Positions 50,240-64,000 of a stretch of 64,000 nt of DNA are shown one piece after another. How positions within the stretch are numbered: position 1 is the first letter of the stretch; every line of letters begins with the position of its first letter. This stretch comes from Raja brachyura (taxonomy: Eukaryota). The stretch is taken from contig OY740792.1 in NCBI GenBank assembly GCA_963514005.1, forward strand, positions 67,456,001 to 67,520,000, written 5' to 3'. Below the pieces are notes generated by a model. That model worked only from the letters and a program-made list of their open reading frames with translations, had not been told where the DNA came from and made no database searches. The position numbers and the translations under genes were made by a program.

Positions 50240-50745
50240 CGATGTGTCACCCGTCACCTGACGCAGCTTGGCCAATCAGGTACAGGAGCCCTTAACCCCT
50301 TAATTCCTGACTCCCAGCCACGGGGCCTGCACTCAGGAGAGAAACAGAAAAGGTAAGTACATAGCATTCACCGGGGGGGAAGCGCCTAACACCCACACCC
50401 AAAGATACTGAATAAGCTTCGGAAGAAACTATTCAGTACTAAAATACAACACAAGGCGTCAGCCAAGATATTATCCTTGCCCCTGATGTGCCTGAACTCC
50501 AGGTTGTATTCTTGCAGCTGCCAACTCCAGCACATTAACCGCCGGTTCTTATTCTTCATGTTCTGCAAAAAAACCAAAGTGTTATGATCCGTGAATACGA
50601 TGACAGGGACATTCGAGCAGCCCACATAAACCTCGAAATGATTCAGAGACATTAACACAGCAAGGGTTTCTTTCTCAGTGGTGGAGTACCACCTCTCATG
50701 GGGATTAAACGTCTTAGAGAAGTACGAAACTGGATGCCCCACCCC
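50240..50745 (-). mobile_element. Gypsy (Gmr1-like) 3' end: RNase H, PPT-like tract, start of the 3' LTR
   Basis: PVSYFSK...YSTTEKE.LA...FTDH...LQEYN...HIRGKDNILADAL, then gggtgtggg and TGTTAGG at about 50391. Confidence 0.7.
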
Positions 50746-50827
50746 ACTTGAGAGAATAAACTGAGTCTATCCAGTCTTTCTTCATAAGACAGTCCTGACA
50801 TCCCAGGAATTAGTCTTCTTGCCACCA

Positions 50828-51620
50828 GTGGATAAATGTGAAGTTATCCACTGGTGGCAAGAACAGGAAGGCAGAGTATTATCTGAATGGTGTCAGGTTA
50901 GGAAAAAGCGAAGTACAACAAGACCTGGATGTCCTTGTACATCAGTTACTAAAAGTGAGCATGCAGGTACAACAGGCAATGAAGAAAGCTAATCGCATAT
51001 TGGCCTTCATAACAAGAGGAGTTGAGTATAGGAGTAAAGAAGTTCTTCTGCAGTTGTACAGTGCCCTGGTGGAACCACACCTGGACTATTGTGTGCAGTT
51101 TTGGTCTCCTCATTTGTGGATGGACATTCTTGCTAATGAGGGAGTGCAGCGCAGGTTCACAAGGTTAATTCCCGGGATGGCGGGACTGGCATATGATGAA
51201 AGCATGGAGCAAATGGGCTTGTATTCACTGGAATTTAGAAGGATGAGTGGGAATTTTCTTGAGACATATACAAATGATTAAGGGATTGGACACACTAGAG
51301 GCAGGAAACATGTTCCTGATGTTGGGGGAGTCCAGAACATGCACCAGCGTTTAAAGATAAGGGGTGGGCCACTGAGATGATGACAGACAGAGGTAAAGAC
51401 AGAGAGCTGTGAATTTGTGGAATTCTCTGACTCAGAAGGCAGTGGACACCGATTCATTGGATACATTCAAAATAAAGTTAGGTAGAGCTCTGTGGGTCAG
51501 CGGAATCAAGGGATATGGGTAGAAGGCATGAATGGGGTACTGATTGTAGATGATCCGCCATGATCACATTGAATGGCGGTGTTCGCTCGAAGAGCCGAGT
51601 GGCCTACTTCTGCACCTAAT
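50828..51620 (+). mobile_element. Decayed CR1 3' fragment
   Basis: YYLNG..L...DL.VLVH..LK..QVQQA..KAN...PHLDYCVQFWSP. Confidence 0.8.
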
Positions 51621-51889
51621 CCCCCCTCTAACATTCCCCCTCTACTCACCCTCCCTCCCCCTCACTGTCCCCCTCCCATTGCCCCCTCCCTTCTGTCTCC
51701 ACACTCTCCCCCCCTTTTCTCTCCCCCTCTGTGTCACCCTCTCCACCCCTCTCTCCCTCTCCCTGCTCTCTGTCCCCCCTCACTCCTATCCCACCCCTCT
51801 CTCCCTCCCCCTTCGCTCTCACCCACTCTTTCTCTCCCCTCTCTCTCTACTCAAACTCCCGCTCTTTCCCCCCACTTCTCTCCCTCCTA

Positions 51890-53615
51890 TGAGGTACGCC
51901 ATAGTCACGGGAGAAATATATTCTACTCCACTTACTTTGATAAATATTTATGCTCCTAATTTTGACAACCCTCAATGTTTTAGTGAAATTCTGGATATAA
52001 TTTCAGAACAACTATCAAAATGTGATAATAGGGGGAGATTTGAATTATGTTTTAGATCCATATCTGGATAAATCTGCAAAACAAAAAAGGATTAACATAA
52101 AATCTAAAACTAGTGAACTCCTAAATACATACATGCAAAATACCAATATAACAGATGTATGGAGGATCGCTAACCCAGTAGGTAGGGAATATTCATTTTA
52201 TTCAACGGTACATAAAACATATTCACGTATTGATTATTTCTTAGTGGACACAAAATTAATTCCATAGACATAAAATGCTAAATATCATAATAGTATTATT
52301 TCTGATCATTCCCCGTTAATTCTTTCTTTAAAATTAACGATGAAAAATTGTTTTGGAGGTTTAACCCCAAATCTTAAACAACTCACAAGGTTGTACATAT
52401 TTAAAAGAGCAGATGAAATTCTTCTTTGAGACAAATGATATACCAGATATTTCACCCTTCTTATTATGGGAAAATTTTAAGGCATTTATTAGGGGAACTA
52501 TAATCTCATATCAAGCTTTCCAAAATAAAAAGAATAATACTGAACAATTGCAGTTAGAACAAGAAATTAGACAATTAGATTTAGAAAATGCCAAAGAACC
52601 AACTATAGATAAACACAATAAGATAACAATACTAAAATATAAATTAAATTAAATTTTATCGGCCAGAATAATAAGATTATTTCAAATTACAAAACAAGAA
52701 CATTTCGAATTTGGTGATAAACCACATAAACTCTTAGCACGCCAACTGAAAAAACGGGAAGCAGAAAATACAATTACTAAAATTAAATCAGATAAAGGGG
52801 AATTACTAACACTACCTAAAGATATTAATAAAAAAATTGCTCAATTTAATAAAAATTTATATACATCGAAAACCTCTGCAAACAAAACTCAAATTACAAA
52901 TTTCTTAGACAATTGTAATCTTCCAAAATTAAATATGGTGGAACAAGAGGGATTAGGAGCTCAGATTACACTTCAGGAAATAGAAGAAACAATAAATTTG
53001 TTGAAGAATGGCAAAACGCCAGGACCAGACGGTTTTAGTAATGAATTCTATGAAACAGTCCACGAGATAATTACTTCACGCTTGCAAGATTTATATATAT
53101 ATATACTTTTAAAGAAAATAACCTACCAGAAACACTAACTGAGTCAACTATTACACTTATACCAAAAAAGGATAAAGATCTAGAAGACCCAGGCTCATAT
53201 AGAGCTATTGCAGTCCTAAATACAGAAAAAAAATATTAGCAAAGACACTAGCGAGAAGATTGAGTAAATATGTTACCAAACTAATAAACCCGGACCAAAC
53301 AGGGTTTATACCAAACAGATACTCATTTAACAACTTGAGACGGCTGTCTAATATAATGTACTCACATAATACTGAAGAAGACCTAGCAATTATTTCATTG
53401 GATGCAGAAAAAGCTTTCGATCAAGTAGAATGGCAATATTTATTCAAAATATTGCAAAAATGTAACATGGGAGATTACTTTATCTCATGGGTAAAATTAT
53501 TATATGATAAGCCGACGGCTAGAATACTGACTAATAATATATTATCCCCGAAATTCAAATTGGCAATGGGCAATAGGTAGGGGTGCGCACTATCGCCTCT
53601 GCTATTTGCTCTTGG
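51890..53615 (+). mobile_element. Decayed L1 ORF2 internal fragment (EN to RT), related to 5400-7790
   Basis: NIYAPNFDNP, GGDLN, YSRIDY, GPDG, DQTGF and LDAEKAFD motifs, with multiple stops and frameshifts. Confidence 0.85.
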
Positions 53616-53966
53616 GTCTAACCCATGGTCTCTGGACTGACTGTCTCACTCATGGCCTCTGGACTGACATACTGAATCACGGCTTGTAGACTGACTGACT
53701 TATGCCCGACTTCTGGAGTCACGTTCGATTTTTGTAAACTGAAATCTGTAACATCCACATTGCAGAACAGTGTCTTCCTGACAGCCATCGGGCCATTAAA
53801 CATAACAAATACGCTCTGAACTACGAAAGACTATATTATTTGTCCTATTTGTTATTTGCTCATCACACACACCCTCCACCTCACACATACACTCTCACGC
53901 ACACACACACACAAACAAACACACACACACGAACTCACACAAACTCACACACAAACACACACACGC

Positions 53967-54128
53967 NNNNNNNNNNNNNNNNNNNNNNNNNNNNNNNNNN
54001 NNNNNNNNNNNNNNNNNNNNNNNNNNNNNNNNNNNNNNNNNNNNNNNNNNNNNNNNNNNNNNNNNNNNNNNNNNNNNNNNNNNNNNNNNNNNNNNNNNNN
54101 NNNNNNNNNNNNNNNNNNNNNNNNNNNN
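53967..54128. other. Assembly gap (162 N) next to a (CA)n microsatellite
   Basis: Run of n characters. Confidence 1.
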
Positions 54129-54224
54129 AATGCCAAGTAACTTCAGAACGTGGTGAACGTACATTGTGTAAACCGAATGATTCAAACGTTTAAAGCCTCC
54201 TGTAGAGGTGGCTGCTGGTGAAGC

Positions 54225-56590
54225 ACCAACGAGAGATCAGGCTATCCTAGACTGGGTATTGAGTAATGAGGAAGGGTTAGTTAGCAGTCTTGTTGTGCGT
54301 GGGTGACCATAATATGGTTGAGTTCTTCATTAGGATGGAGAGTGACTAAATTGTCAGAAACAAGGGTTCTGAATTTGAACAAAGGTAACTTTGAAGGTAT
54401 GAGATGTGAATTGGCCAAGATAGACTGGCAGGTGATTCTTAAAGGGTAGACAGTGGATGTGCAATGGAAGGTATTTAAAGACTGCATGGATGAAGTTCAA
54501 AAATTGTTCATACCAGTTTGGCAAAAGAATAAATCAGGGAAGGTGGTGCATCCATGGATAACAAGGGAAATAAGGGATAGTATCAAAACAAAAGATGAGG
54601 CATACAAATTGGCCAGAAAAAGCAGGCTACCGGAGGACTGGGAGAAATTCAGAATCCAGCAGAGGAGGACAAAGGACTTAATTAGGAAAGGGAAAATAGA
54701 TTATGAAAGGAAACTGGCAGGGAACATAAAAACTGACTGCAAACGTTTTTATAGATATGTGAAGAGAAAGAGACTAGTTAAAACAAATGCTCATCCCTTG
54801 CAGTCAGAAACAGGTGAATTGATCATGGGGAACAAGGACATGGCAGACCAATTGAGTAACTACTTTGGTTCTGTCTTCACTAAGGAAGACATAAATAATC
54901 TGCCGGAAATAGCAGTGGAACGGGGGTCAAATAAGATGGAGGAACTGAGTGAAATCCAGGTTAGCCGGGAGGTGGTGTTGGGTAAATTGAATGGATTGAA
55001 GGCCGATAAATCCCCAGGGCCAGATAGTCTGCATCCCAGAGTACTCAAGGAGGTAGCCACAGAAATAGTGGATGCATTAGTGATAATTTTTCAAAATTCC
55101 TTAGATTCGGGAGTAGTTCCTGAGGATTGGAGGGTAGCTAATGTAATCCCAGTTTAAAAAAAAAGGAGGGAGAGAGAAAGCGGGGAATTACAGACCAGTT
55201 AGTCTAACATCGGTAGTGGAGAAACTGCTAGAGTCAGTTATTAAAGATGGGATAGCAGCACATTTGGAAAGTGGTGAAATCATTGGACAAAGTCAGCATG
55301 GATTTATGAAGGGTAAATCATGTCGGACGAATCTGATAGAATTTTTCGAGGATGTAACTAGTAGAGTGGATAAGGGCGAACCAGTGGATGTGTTATATCT
55401 AGACTTTCAGAAGGCTTTCGACAAGGTCCCGCAAAAGAGATTAGCATACAAACTTAAAGCACACGGTATTGGGGGTTCAGTATTGATGTGGATAGAGAAC
55501 TGGCTAGCAGACAGGAAGCAAAGGGTAGGAGTAAACAGGTCCTTTTCAGAATGGCAGGCAGTGACTAGTGGGGTACCGCAAGGCTCAAGAGGGGACCCCA
55601 TATATTTACAATATATATTAATGATTTGGACAAGGCAATTCAATGCAACATCTCCAAATTTACAGATGACACCAAGCTGGGGGGTATAGTCAGGTGTGAG
55701 GAGGATGCTTGGAGGCTGCAGGGTGATTTGGATAGGCTGAGTGAATGGGCAGATGAATGGTAAATGCAGTATAATGTGGATAAATGTGAGGTTATCCCAT
55801 TTGGTGGCAAAAACATGAGGGTAGACTATTATCTGAATGGTGGCAGATTAGGAAAAGGGGAGATGCAACGAGACCTGGGTGTCATGGTACACCAGTCATT
55901 GAAAGTAGGCATGCAGGTGCAGCAGGCAGTGAAGAAAGCAAATGGTATGTTAGCATTCATAGCAAAAGGATTTGAGTACAAGAGCAGGGAGGTTCTACTG
56001 CAGTAGTACAGGGTTTTGGTGTGACCACACTTGGAGTATTGCGTACAGTTTTGGTCTCCAAATCTGAGGAAAGACATTCTTGAAATAGAGGGTACACAGA
56101 GAAGATTCACCAGACTGATTCCTGGGATGTCAGGACTTTCATATGAGGAAAGACTGGATAGACTCGGCTTGTACTCATTGGAATTTAGAAGATTGAGGGG
56201 GGATCTTATGGAAACTTACAAAATTCTTAAGGGGTTGGACAAGCTAGACGCTGGAAGATTGTTCCCGATGTTGGGGCAGTCCAGAACAAGGGGTCACAGA
56301 CTAAGGATGAGGGGGATTTCCTTTAGGACCGAGATTATGAAAACATTCTTTATACAGAGAGTGGTGAGTCTCTGGAATTCTCTGCCACAGATGGTAGTTG
56401 AGGCCAGTTCATTGGCTATATTTAAGAGGGCATTAGATGTGGCACTTGTGGCTAAAAGGATCCGGGGGTATGGAGGGAAGGCAGGTACGGGATACTGAGT
56501 TAGATGATCAGTCATGATCACATTGAATGGCAGTGCAGGCTCGAAGGGCCGAATGGCCTACTCCTGCACCTATTTTTCTATGTTTCTATG
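54225..56590 (+). mobile_element. CR1 LINE ORF2 (end of EN through RT), older copy of the family at 6744 and 24456
   Basis: KSPGPD..HPRVLKE, QHGF.KGKSC, YLDFQKAFDKV and SGVPQGS motifs; several stops and frameshifts; (tttctatg)n tail. Confidence 0.9.
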
Positions 56591-56724
56591 TGCTTCAAAT
56601 AACATCCAACACAGACAGAGCAGTAAGCTCTCTCGAATTATTCAACGACGTCTTCACTATGATTTCTGCAGTCAGCACCATCTTGCAACGAACCGGAAAT
56701 GAAGCAGTCATTATCGGCGCCATC

Positions 56725-59700
56725 TTGCCACCTGACAACCAAATTTTTATCCGTGAACACAAACTTTTTAAAAGGCGAGGCAAGCAATTTGGCAGCAGCC
56801 ATCTGACAACCAACATTATTTTCGTGAAAACAAACTTTTTAAAAGGCGAGGCAAACAATTGGACAGCAGCCATCTGACAACGAAAATTCATTTCGTGTAC
56901 ACAAACCTTTTAAAAGGAGAGGCAAATAATTGGGCAGCAGACACCAGTCAACCAAAATAATTTTCGTGAATAAAAACTTTTTAAAAGGCGAGGCAAACAA
57001 TTGGGCAGCAGCCACCTGACAACCAAAATTATTTTCTTGAACACAAACGTTTTAAAAGGCGAGGCAAACAATTGGGCAGCTACCGCCTGACAACGAAAAT
57101 TATTTTTGAGAACACAAACGTTTTAGAAGGCGTGGAAAACAATTAGGCAGCATCCACCTGTCAACCAAAATGTTTTTTGTGAACACAAACTTTTTAGAAG
57201 GCGAGGCAAACAATTGGGCAGCAGCCATCAGACAAGAAAAATTCATTTTGTGAAAACAAACGTTTTAAAAGGCGAGGCAAACAATCGGGCAGCAGCCACC
57301 TGACAACCAAAATTCCGTTCGTGAACACTAACCTTTTAAAAGGCGAGGCAAACAATTGGGCAGCAGCCGCCTGAAAATCAAAATTCTTTACGTGAACAAA
57401 AACTATTTAAAAAGCGAGGCAAACAATTGGGCAGCAGCCACCTGAAAACCAAAATTATTTCCGAGAACATAAACTTTTAAAAAGGCGAGGCAAACAATTA
57501 GCCAGCAGCCATCTGCCAACGAAAATTCTTTTGGTGAATACAAACGTTTTTCAGCGTGATGCAAACAATTGGGCAACAGCCGCCTGGCAACCATTTTTTT
57601 TCGTGAAAAAAGACTATTTAAAAAGCGAGGCTAACAATTGGGCATCAGCCACTTGACAACCAAAATTATTTTCGTAAACACAAACTTTTTAAAAGGCGGG
57701 GCAAACTATTCGAAAGCAGCCACCTGAAACCCAACATTCTATGCATGAACACAAACTATTTAAAACGTGAGGCAAACTATTGGGCAGCAGCCATCTAACA
57801 ACGAAAATTCATTTCGTGCTCAAAACCTTTAAAAATGCGAGGCAAACAATTAGGCAGCAGCCACCTGACAACCAAAATTATTTTCGTGAATACAAACTGT
57901 GCAAAAGGCGAGGTAAAGAATTGGGCAGCAGCTACCTGACAGCCAAAATTATTTTCGTGAACAAAAACTATTTTTAAAATGAGGCAAACAATTGGGAAGC
58001 AGCCACCTGACAACCAAAATTATTTCCGAAAACACAAACCTTTAAAACGGCGACGCAAACAGTTGGGCAGCAGCCACCTGAGAAAAAAATTCTTTCGTGA
58101 ACACAAACTTTTTAAAAGGGGAGGCAAACAATTGGGCAGCAACCAACTGGCAACAAAAGTTATGTTCGTGAAAACAAACTTTTTAAAAGGCAAGGCAAAC
58201 AGTTGGGCAGCAGCTATCTGCCAACGGAAATTCTTTTGGTGAATACAAAACGTTTTTCAAGGTGAAGCAAACAATTGGGCAGCAGCCACCTAATAACCAA
58301 AATTATTTTCGTGAACACAGAAATATTAAAAGGCGAGGCAAACAATTGGGCAGCAGCTACCTGAAAACCAAAATATTTTTCGTGAAAAAAACTATTTAAA
58401 CTGCGAGGCAAACAATTGGGCAGCAGCCACCTGACAAACAAAATAATGTTCGTGAACACAAACTTTTTAAAAGGCGAGGCTAACAATTGGGCAGCTGCCA
58501 TTTGCCAACGAAAATTCTTATCGTGAACAAAAACGTTTTAAAAGGCGAGACAAACAATTGGGCAGCAGCTGCCTGAAAATCAAAATTCTTTACGTGAACA
58601 AAAACTATTTAAAAAGCGAGGCAAACAATTGGGCAGCAGCCACCTGAAAACCAAAATTATTTCCGAGAACATAAACCTTTAAAAAAGGCGAGGCAAACAA
58701 TTAGGCAGCAGCCATCTGCCAACGAAAATATTTTTGGTGAATACAAACGTTTTTCAAGTTGATGCAAACAATTGTGCAGCAGCCGCCTGGCAACCAAAAT
58801 TCTTTTCGTGAACAAAAACTATTTAAAAAGCGAGGCAAACAATTGGGCAGCAGCCACCTGAAAACCAAAATTATTTCCGAGAACATAAACCTTTAAAAAA
58901 GGCGAGGCAAACAATTAGGCAGCAGCCATCTGCCAACGAAAATATTTTTGGTGAATACAAACGTTTTTCAAGTTGATGCAAACAATTGTGCAGCAGCCGC
59001 CTGGCAACCAAAATTCTTTTCGTGAACACAAACTTTTTAAAAGGTGAGGCAAACAATTGGGCAGCAGCTACCTGGCAACCATAATTATTTTCGTGAAAAC
59101 AAACTTTTTAAAAGGCGAGGCAAACTATTGGAAAGCAGCCACCTGAAACCCAACATTCTTTGCGTGAACACAAACTATTTAAAAGGAGAGGCAAACAATT
59201 GGGCAGCAACTAACTGCCAACCAATTTTTTTTCCTGAACACAAACTTTTCTAAACGCGAGGCAAGCAATTCGGCAGCAGCCACCTGACAACCCAAATCTT
59301 TTCCGTGAACACAAACTTTTTAAAAGGCGAGGCAAGCAATTTGGCAGCAGCCATCTGACAACCAACATTATTTTCGTGAAAACAAACTTTTTAAAAGGCG
59401 AGGCAAACAATTGGGCAGCAGCCACCTGACAACCAACATAATGTTCTTGAACACAAACTTTTTAAAAGGCGAGGCAAACAATTGGGCAGCTACCACCTGA
59501 CAACGAAAACTATTTTCGAGAACACAAACTTTTTAGAAGGCGTGGCAAACAATTATTCAGCAGCCACCTGTCAACAAAAATGTTTTTCGTGAACATAAAC
59601 ATTTTAAAAGGCGAGGCAAACAATTGGGCAGCAGCCACCTGACAACCAAAATTCCGTTCGTGAACACTAACCTTTTAAAAGGCGAGGCAAACAATTAGGC

Positions 59701-62700
59701 AGCAGCCACCTCACAACCAACATAATGTTCGTGAACACAAACTTTTTAAAAGGCAAGGCAAATAATTGGGCAGCTGCCATCTGCAACGAAAATTCTTATC
59801 GTGAACAAATACGTTTTAAAAGGCGAGACAAACAATTGGGCAGCAGCTGCCTGAAAACTAAAATTCTTTACGTGAACAAAAACTATTTAAAAAGCGAGGC
59901 AAACAATTGGGCAGAAGCCACCTGACAACGAAAATTCATTTTGTGAACTTTTTAAAAGGTGAGGCAAATAATTGGGCAGTAGCCACAAGGCAAACAAAAT
60001 AGTTGTCGTGAATACAAACTTTTTAAAAGGCGAGGCAAACAATTTGGCAGCAGCCACCTGACAACCAAAATTATTTTCTTGAACACAAACGTTTTAAAAG
60101 GCGAGGCAAACAATTGGGCAGCTACCACCTGACAACGAAAATTATTTTCAATTGGGCAGTAGCTACCTGACAACCAAACTGTTTTTTTGTGAAAAATGAC
60201 TATTTAAAAAGCGAGGCAAACAATTGGGCATCAGCCACCTGACAACCAAAATTATTTCATTGAACACAATCTTTTTAAAAGGCGAGGCAAACTATTGGAA
60301 AACAGCTACCTGAAACCCAACATTGTTTGCGTGAATACAAACTATTTAAAACGCGAAACAAACTATTGGGCAGCAGCCACCTGACAACGAAAATTCATTT
60401 CGTGATCAAAACTTTTAAAAAGGCGAGGCAAGCAATTGGGCAGCAGCCACATGACAAACAAAATTATTTTCGTGAACACAAACTGTTCAAAAGGCGAGGT
60501 AAACAATTGGGCAGCAGCTACCTGACAGCCAAAATTATTTTCGTCAACAAAAACTATTTTAAAAATGAGGCAAACAATTGGGCAGCAGCCACCTGACAAA
60601 AAAATTCTTTCGTGAACACATACTTTTTAAAAGTGGAGGCAAACAATTGGGCAGCAACCAACTGGCAACAAAAATTATGTTCATGAAAACAAACTTTTTA
60701 AAAAGGCAAGGCAAACAGTTGGGCAGCAGCTATCTGCCAACGAAAATTATTTTGGTGAATACAAACGTTTTTCAAGGTGAAGCAAATGATTGGGCAGCAG
60801 CCGCCTGGCAACCAAAATTATTTACGTGAACACAAACGTTTTATAAGGTGAAGCAAACAATTGGGCAGCAGCCGCCTGGCAACCAAAATTATTTTCGTGA
60901 ACACAAACTTTTTCAAAGGTGAGGCAAACAATTGGGCAACAGCTACCTGACAACGAAAATATTTTTCTTGACAAAAAACTACTTAAAATGCGAGGCAAAC
61001 AATTGGGCATCAGCCACCTGACAACCAAAATTTTTCCTGAACACAAACGTTTTCAAAAGGCGAGACAAACAATTGGGCAGCAGCTGCATGACAACCAAAA
61101 GTCTTTTCATGTAAAAAACTATTTAAAAATCGAGGCAAACAATTGGGCAGCAGCCACCTGACAAGCAAAATTATTTTCGTGAGAACAAACTTTTTAAAAG
61201 GCGAGGCAAACAATTAGGCGGTAGCCACCTGACAACCAAAAATTCTTTTCGAGAACACAAAATTTAAAAAAGGCGAGGCATACAATTGGGCAGCAGCCAC
61301 CTGACAACAAAGATTCCTTTCGTGAACACTAACTTTTTAAAGGAGAGGCAAACTATTGGAAAGCAGCCACCTGAAAACCAACATTCTTTGCATGAACACA
61401 GACTATTTAAAAGGCGAGGCAAAGAATTGGGCAGTAGCAACCTGACAAAGAAAATTATTTCGAAAACAGAGGCTTTTTAAAAGGGTAAGGCAAACAATTG
61501 TGCAGCAGCCACCTGACAACCAACATTCTTTTCATGAACACAAACTTTTGAAAAGGCGAGGCAAACTATTGGGCAGCAGGCAGCTGACAACAAGAATTCA
61601 TTACGTTAACACAAACCTTTTAAAAGGCGAAACAATCAATTGGGCCGCAGCCACCTGAAAACGAAAATTATTTTCGATAACACAAACTGTTTAAAAGGCG
61701 GGAAAAACCATTAGGCAGCAGCCACCTGACAACCAAAATTATTTTCGTGAACACTCTCCTTTTAAAAGGCGAGGCAAACAATTGGGCAGCCACCACCTGA
61801 CAACCAAAATTCTTTTCGTGAACACTAACTTTTTGAAAGGTGAGGCAAACAATTGGGGCAGCAGCTACCTGACAACCAATTTTGTTTCGTGAAAAAAAAC
61901 TATTTAAAAGGCGAGGCAAACAATTGGGCATCAGCCACCAACTGACAACCAAAATTATTTTCGTGAACACTCTCCTTTTGAAAGGCGAACTAAACAATTG
62001 GGCAGCCACCACCTGACAAGCAAAACTATTTTCCTGAACACAATCTTTTTAAAAGGCGAGGCAAACTATTGGGCACAGCCACCAGACAAACAAAATGCTT
62101 TTAGTGAACTCAAACTATTTAAAAGGCGAGGCAAAATATTGGGCAGCAACCAACTGACAACCAAAATGCTTTTAGTGAACTCAAACTTTAAAAAAGGTGA
62201 GGTAAACAATTGGCAGCAACCAGCTGCAAACCAGAATTCTTTACGTTAAAACAAACGTTTTCAAAGGCGAAACAATCAATTGGGCAGCAGCCACCTGACA
62301 ACGAAAATTCTTTTCCATAACACAAACTGTTTAAAAGGCGAGGCAAACAATTGGGCAGCAGCTACCTGACAACAAAAAAAACATTTAGTGAACACAAACT
62401 ATTTAAAAGTCGAGAAAAAGCATTGGGCAGCAGCCACCTGACAACCAAAATTATTTTCGTGAAAACTCTCCTTTTAAAAGGAGAGGCAAACAATTAGGCA
62501 GCCACCACCTGACAACCATAATTCTTTTCGTGAACACAAACTTTCTAAAAAGCGAGGCAAACAATTGGGCATCAGCCACCTGACAACCAAAATTATTTTC
62601 GTGAACACAAACTTTTTAAAAGGCGAGGCAAGCTATTGCAAAGCAGCCACCTGAAACCCAACATTCTTTGCATGAACAGAAACTATTTAAAAGGCGCGGC

Positions 62701-64000
62701 AAACAACTGTGCAAGAACAAACTGACAACCAAAGTTATTTTCGTGAACACTCTCCTTTTAAAAGGTGAGGCAAACAATTGGGCAGCAGCCACCTGACCTT
62801 GAAAATTCTTTTCGATTACGCAAACTGTTTAAAAGGCGAGGCAAACAATTGGGCAGCAGCTACCTGACAACAAAAAACATTTCGTAAAAACTCTCCATTT
62901 GAAAGGCGAGGCAAACAATTGGACAGCCACCACATGACAAGCATGATTCTTTTCCTGAAAACAAACGTTTTAAAAGGCGAGGCAAACAATTGGGCAGCAA
63001 CCAACTGACAACCAAAATTATTTTCGTGAATACTCTCCATTTAAAAGGCGAGGCAAACTATTGGGCACAGCCACCTGGCAACCAAAATGCGTTTAGTGAA
63101 CTAAAACCTTTTAGATGTCGAAACAATCAATTGGGCAGCAGTCACCTGACAACGAAAATTATTTTCGATAACGCAAACTGTTTAAAAAGCGAGGCAAACA
63201 ATTGGACAGCAGCTACCAGACAACCAAAAACATTTCGTGAACACAAACTTTTTAAAAATCGAGAAAAACCATTGGGCAGCAGCCACCTGACAACCAAAAT
63301 TATTTTCGTGAACACTCTCCTTTTAAAAGGCGAGGCAAACAATTGGGCAGCAACGAACTGACAACCAAAATTATTTTCGTGAACAATCTCGTTTTAAAAG
63401 GCGAGGCAAACAATTGGGCAGCAGCCACCTGACAACCAAAATTATTTTCGTGAACACAAACTTTTTAAAAGGCGAGGGAAACTATTGGAAAGCAGCCACC
63501 TGAAACCTAACATTCTTTGAGTGAACAAACACTATTTAAAAGACAAGGCAAACAATTGGGCAGCAACCAAATGGCAACCAAAATTATTTTCGTGAAAACT
63601 CTCATTTTGAAAGCGAGGCAAACAATTGGGCAGCCAATACATGACAAGCAAAATTATTTACCATAACACAAACTTTTTAATAGGCGAGGCAAACTATTGG
63701 GCACAGCCACCTGACACCAAAATGTTTTTCGTGAACTCAAACTATTTAAAAGGCGATGCAAACAATTGGGCAGCAACCAACTGACAACCAAAATTATTTT
63801 CGTGAAAACTCTCCTTTTAAAAGGCGAGGCAAACAATTGGGCAGCAGCCAGCTGACAACCAGAATTCTTTACGTTAACACAATCTTTTTCAAAGGCAAAA
63901 CAATCAATTGGGCAGCAGCCACCTGACAACGGAAATTCTTTTCGATAACACAAACCGTTTAAAAGGCGAGGCAAACAATTGGGCAGCAGCCACCTGACAA
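56725..64000 (+). repeat. 71-bp tandem satellite array (about 100 units, continues past the window end)
   Basis: Consensus aaaaggcgaggcaaacaattgggcagcagccacctgacaaccaaaattattttcgtgaacacaaacttttt; period 71 (ggcgag at 56774 and 56845). Confidence 0.95.

Noticed and set aside
53840-54193. ORFs spanning the N run
   Set aside because: Artefacts of the assembly gap and the CA repeat.
56514-64000. Dozens of short repeated ORFs, and the possibility of a CRISPR-like array
   Set aside because: The 71-bp unit is not a multiple of three, and the variable parts are diverged copies of one monomer rather than unique spacers. The context is eukaryotic, with no cas genes.
56725-64000. CTCF-site array suggested by CAGGTGGC on the minus strand of each unit
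   Set aside because: Only the 3' half resembles the CTCF consensus; the 5' CCAS portion is absent.

Overview
Eukaryotic, repeat-dense vertebrate DNA. The repeat families (CR1 LINEs with (TTTCTATG)n tails, tRNA/V-domain SINEs, Penelope pseudo-LTRs) suggest a cartilaginous fish such as a skate or ray; this is inference. The only host gene I can support is missed or only partly captured by the ORF track. It is a minus-strand B7/butyrophilin-like immunoglobulin-superfamily gene: a signal-peptide exon (17468-17517) splices in phase 1 across a ~17.2-kb transposon-filled intron to an IgV exon (290 to <1) that lacks the canonical F-strand cysteine. A CpG-rich segment flanked by ISRE-like motifs lies ~4 kb upstream. 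The rest is nested mobile DNA: (1) a 5'-truncated L1 with an 18-bp TSD, whose otherwise intact ORF2 is split by a young CR1; (2) a TAG..CTA-terminated DNA transposon family present both as a 1-kb MITE and as a decayed autonomous copy with an unusual CxxH-class DDE transposase; (3) Penelope GIY-YIG remnants whose pseudo-LTRs carry hammerhead-ribozyme core motifs; (4) head-to-tail Helitron-like elements; (5) a DIRS1-like retrotransposon (gag, RT, RNase H, adenine MTase, tyrosine recombinase, ICR); (6) hAT MITEs, Rex1/Babar LINEs and a Gmr1-like Gypsy 3' end; (7) several minisatellites, an assembly gap and a 71-bp satellite array with higher-order structure (56.7 kb to the window end).
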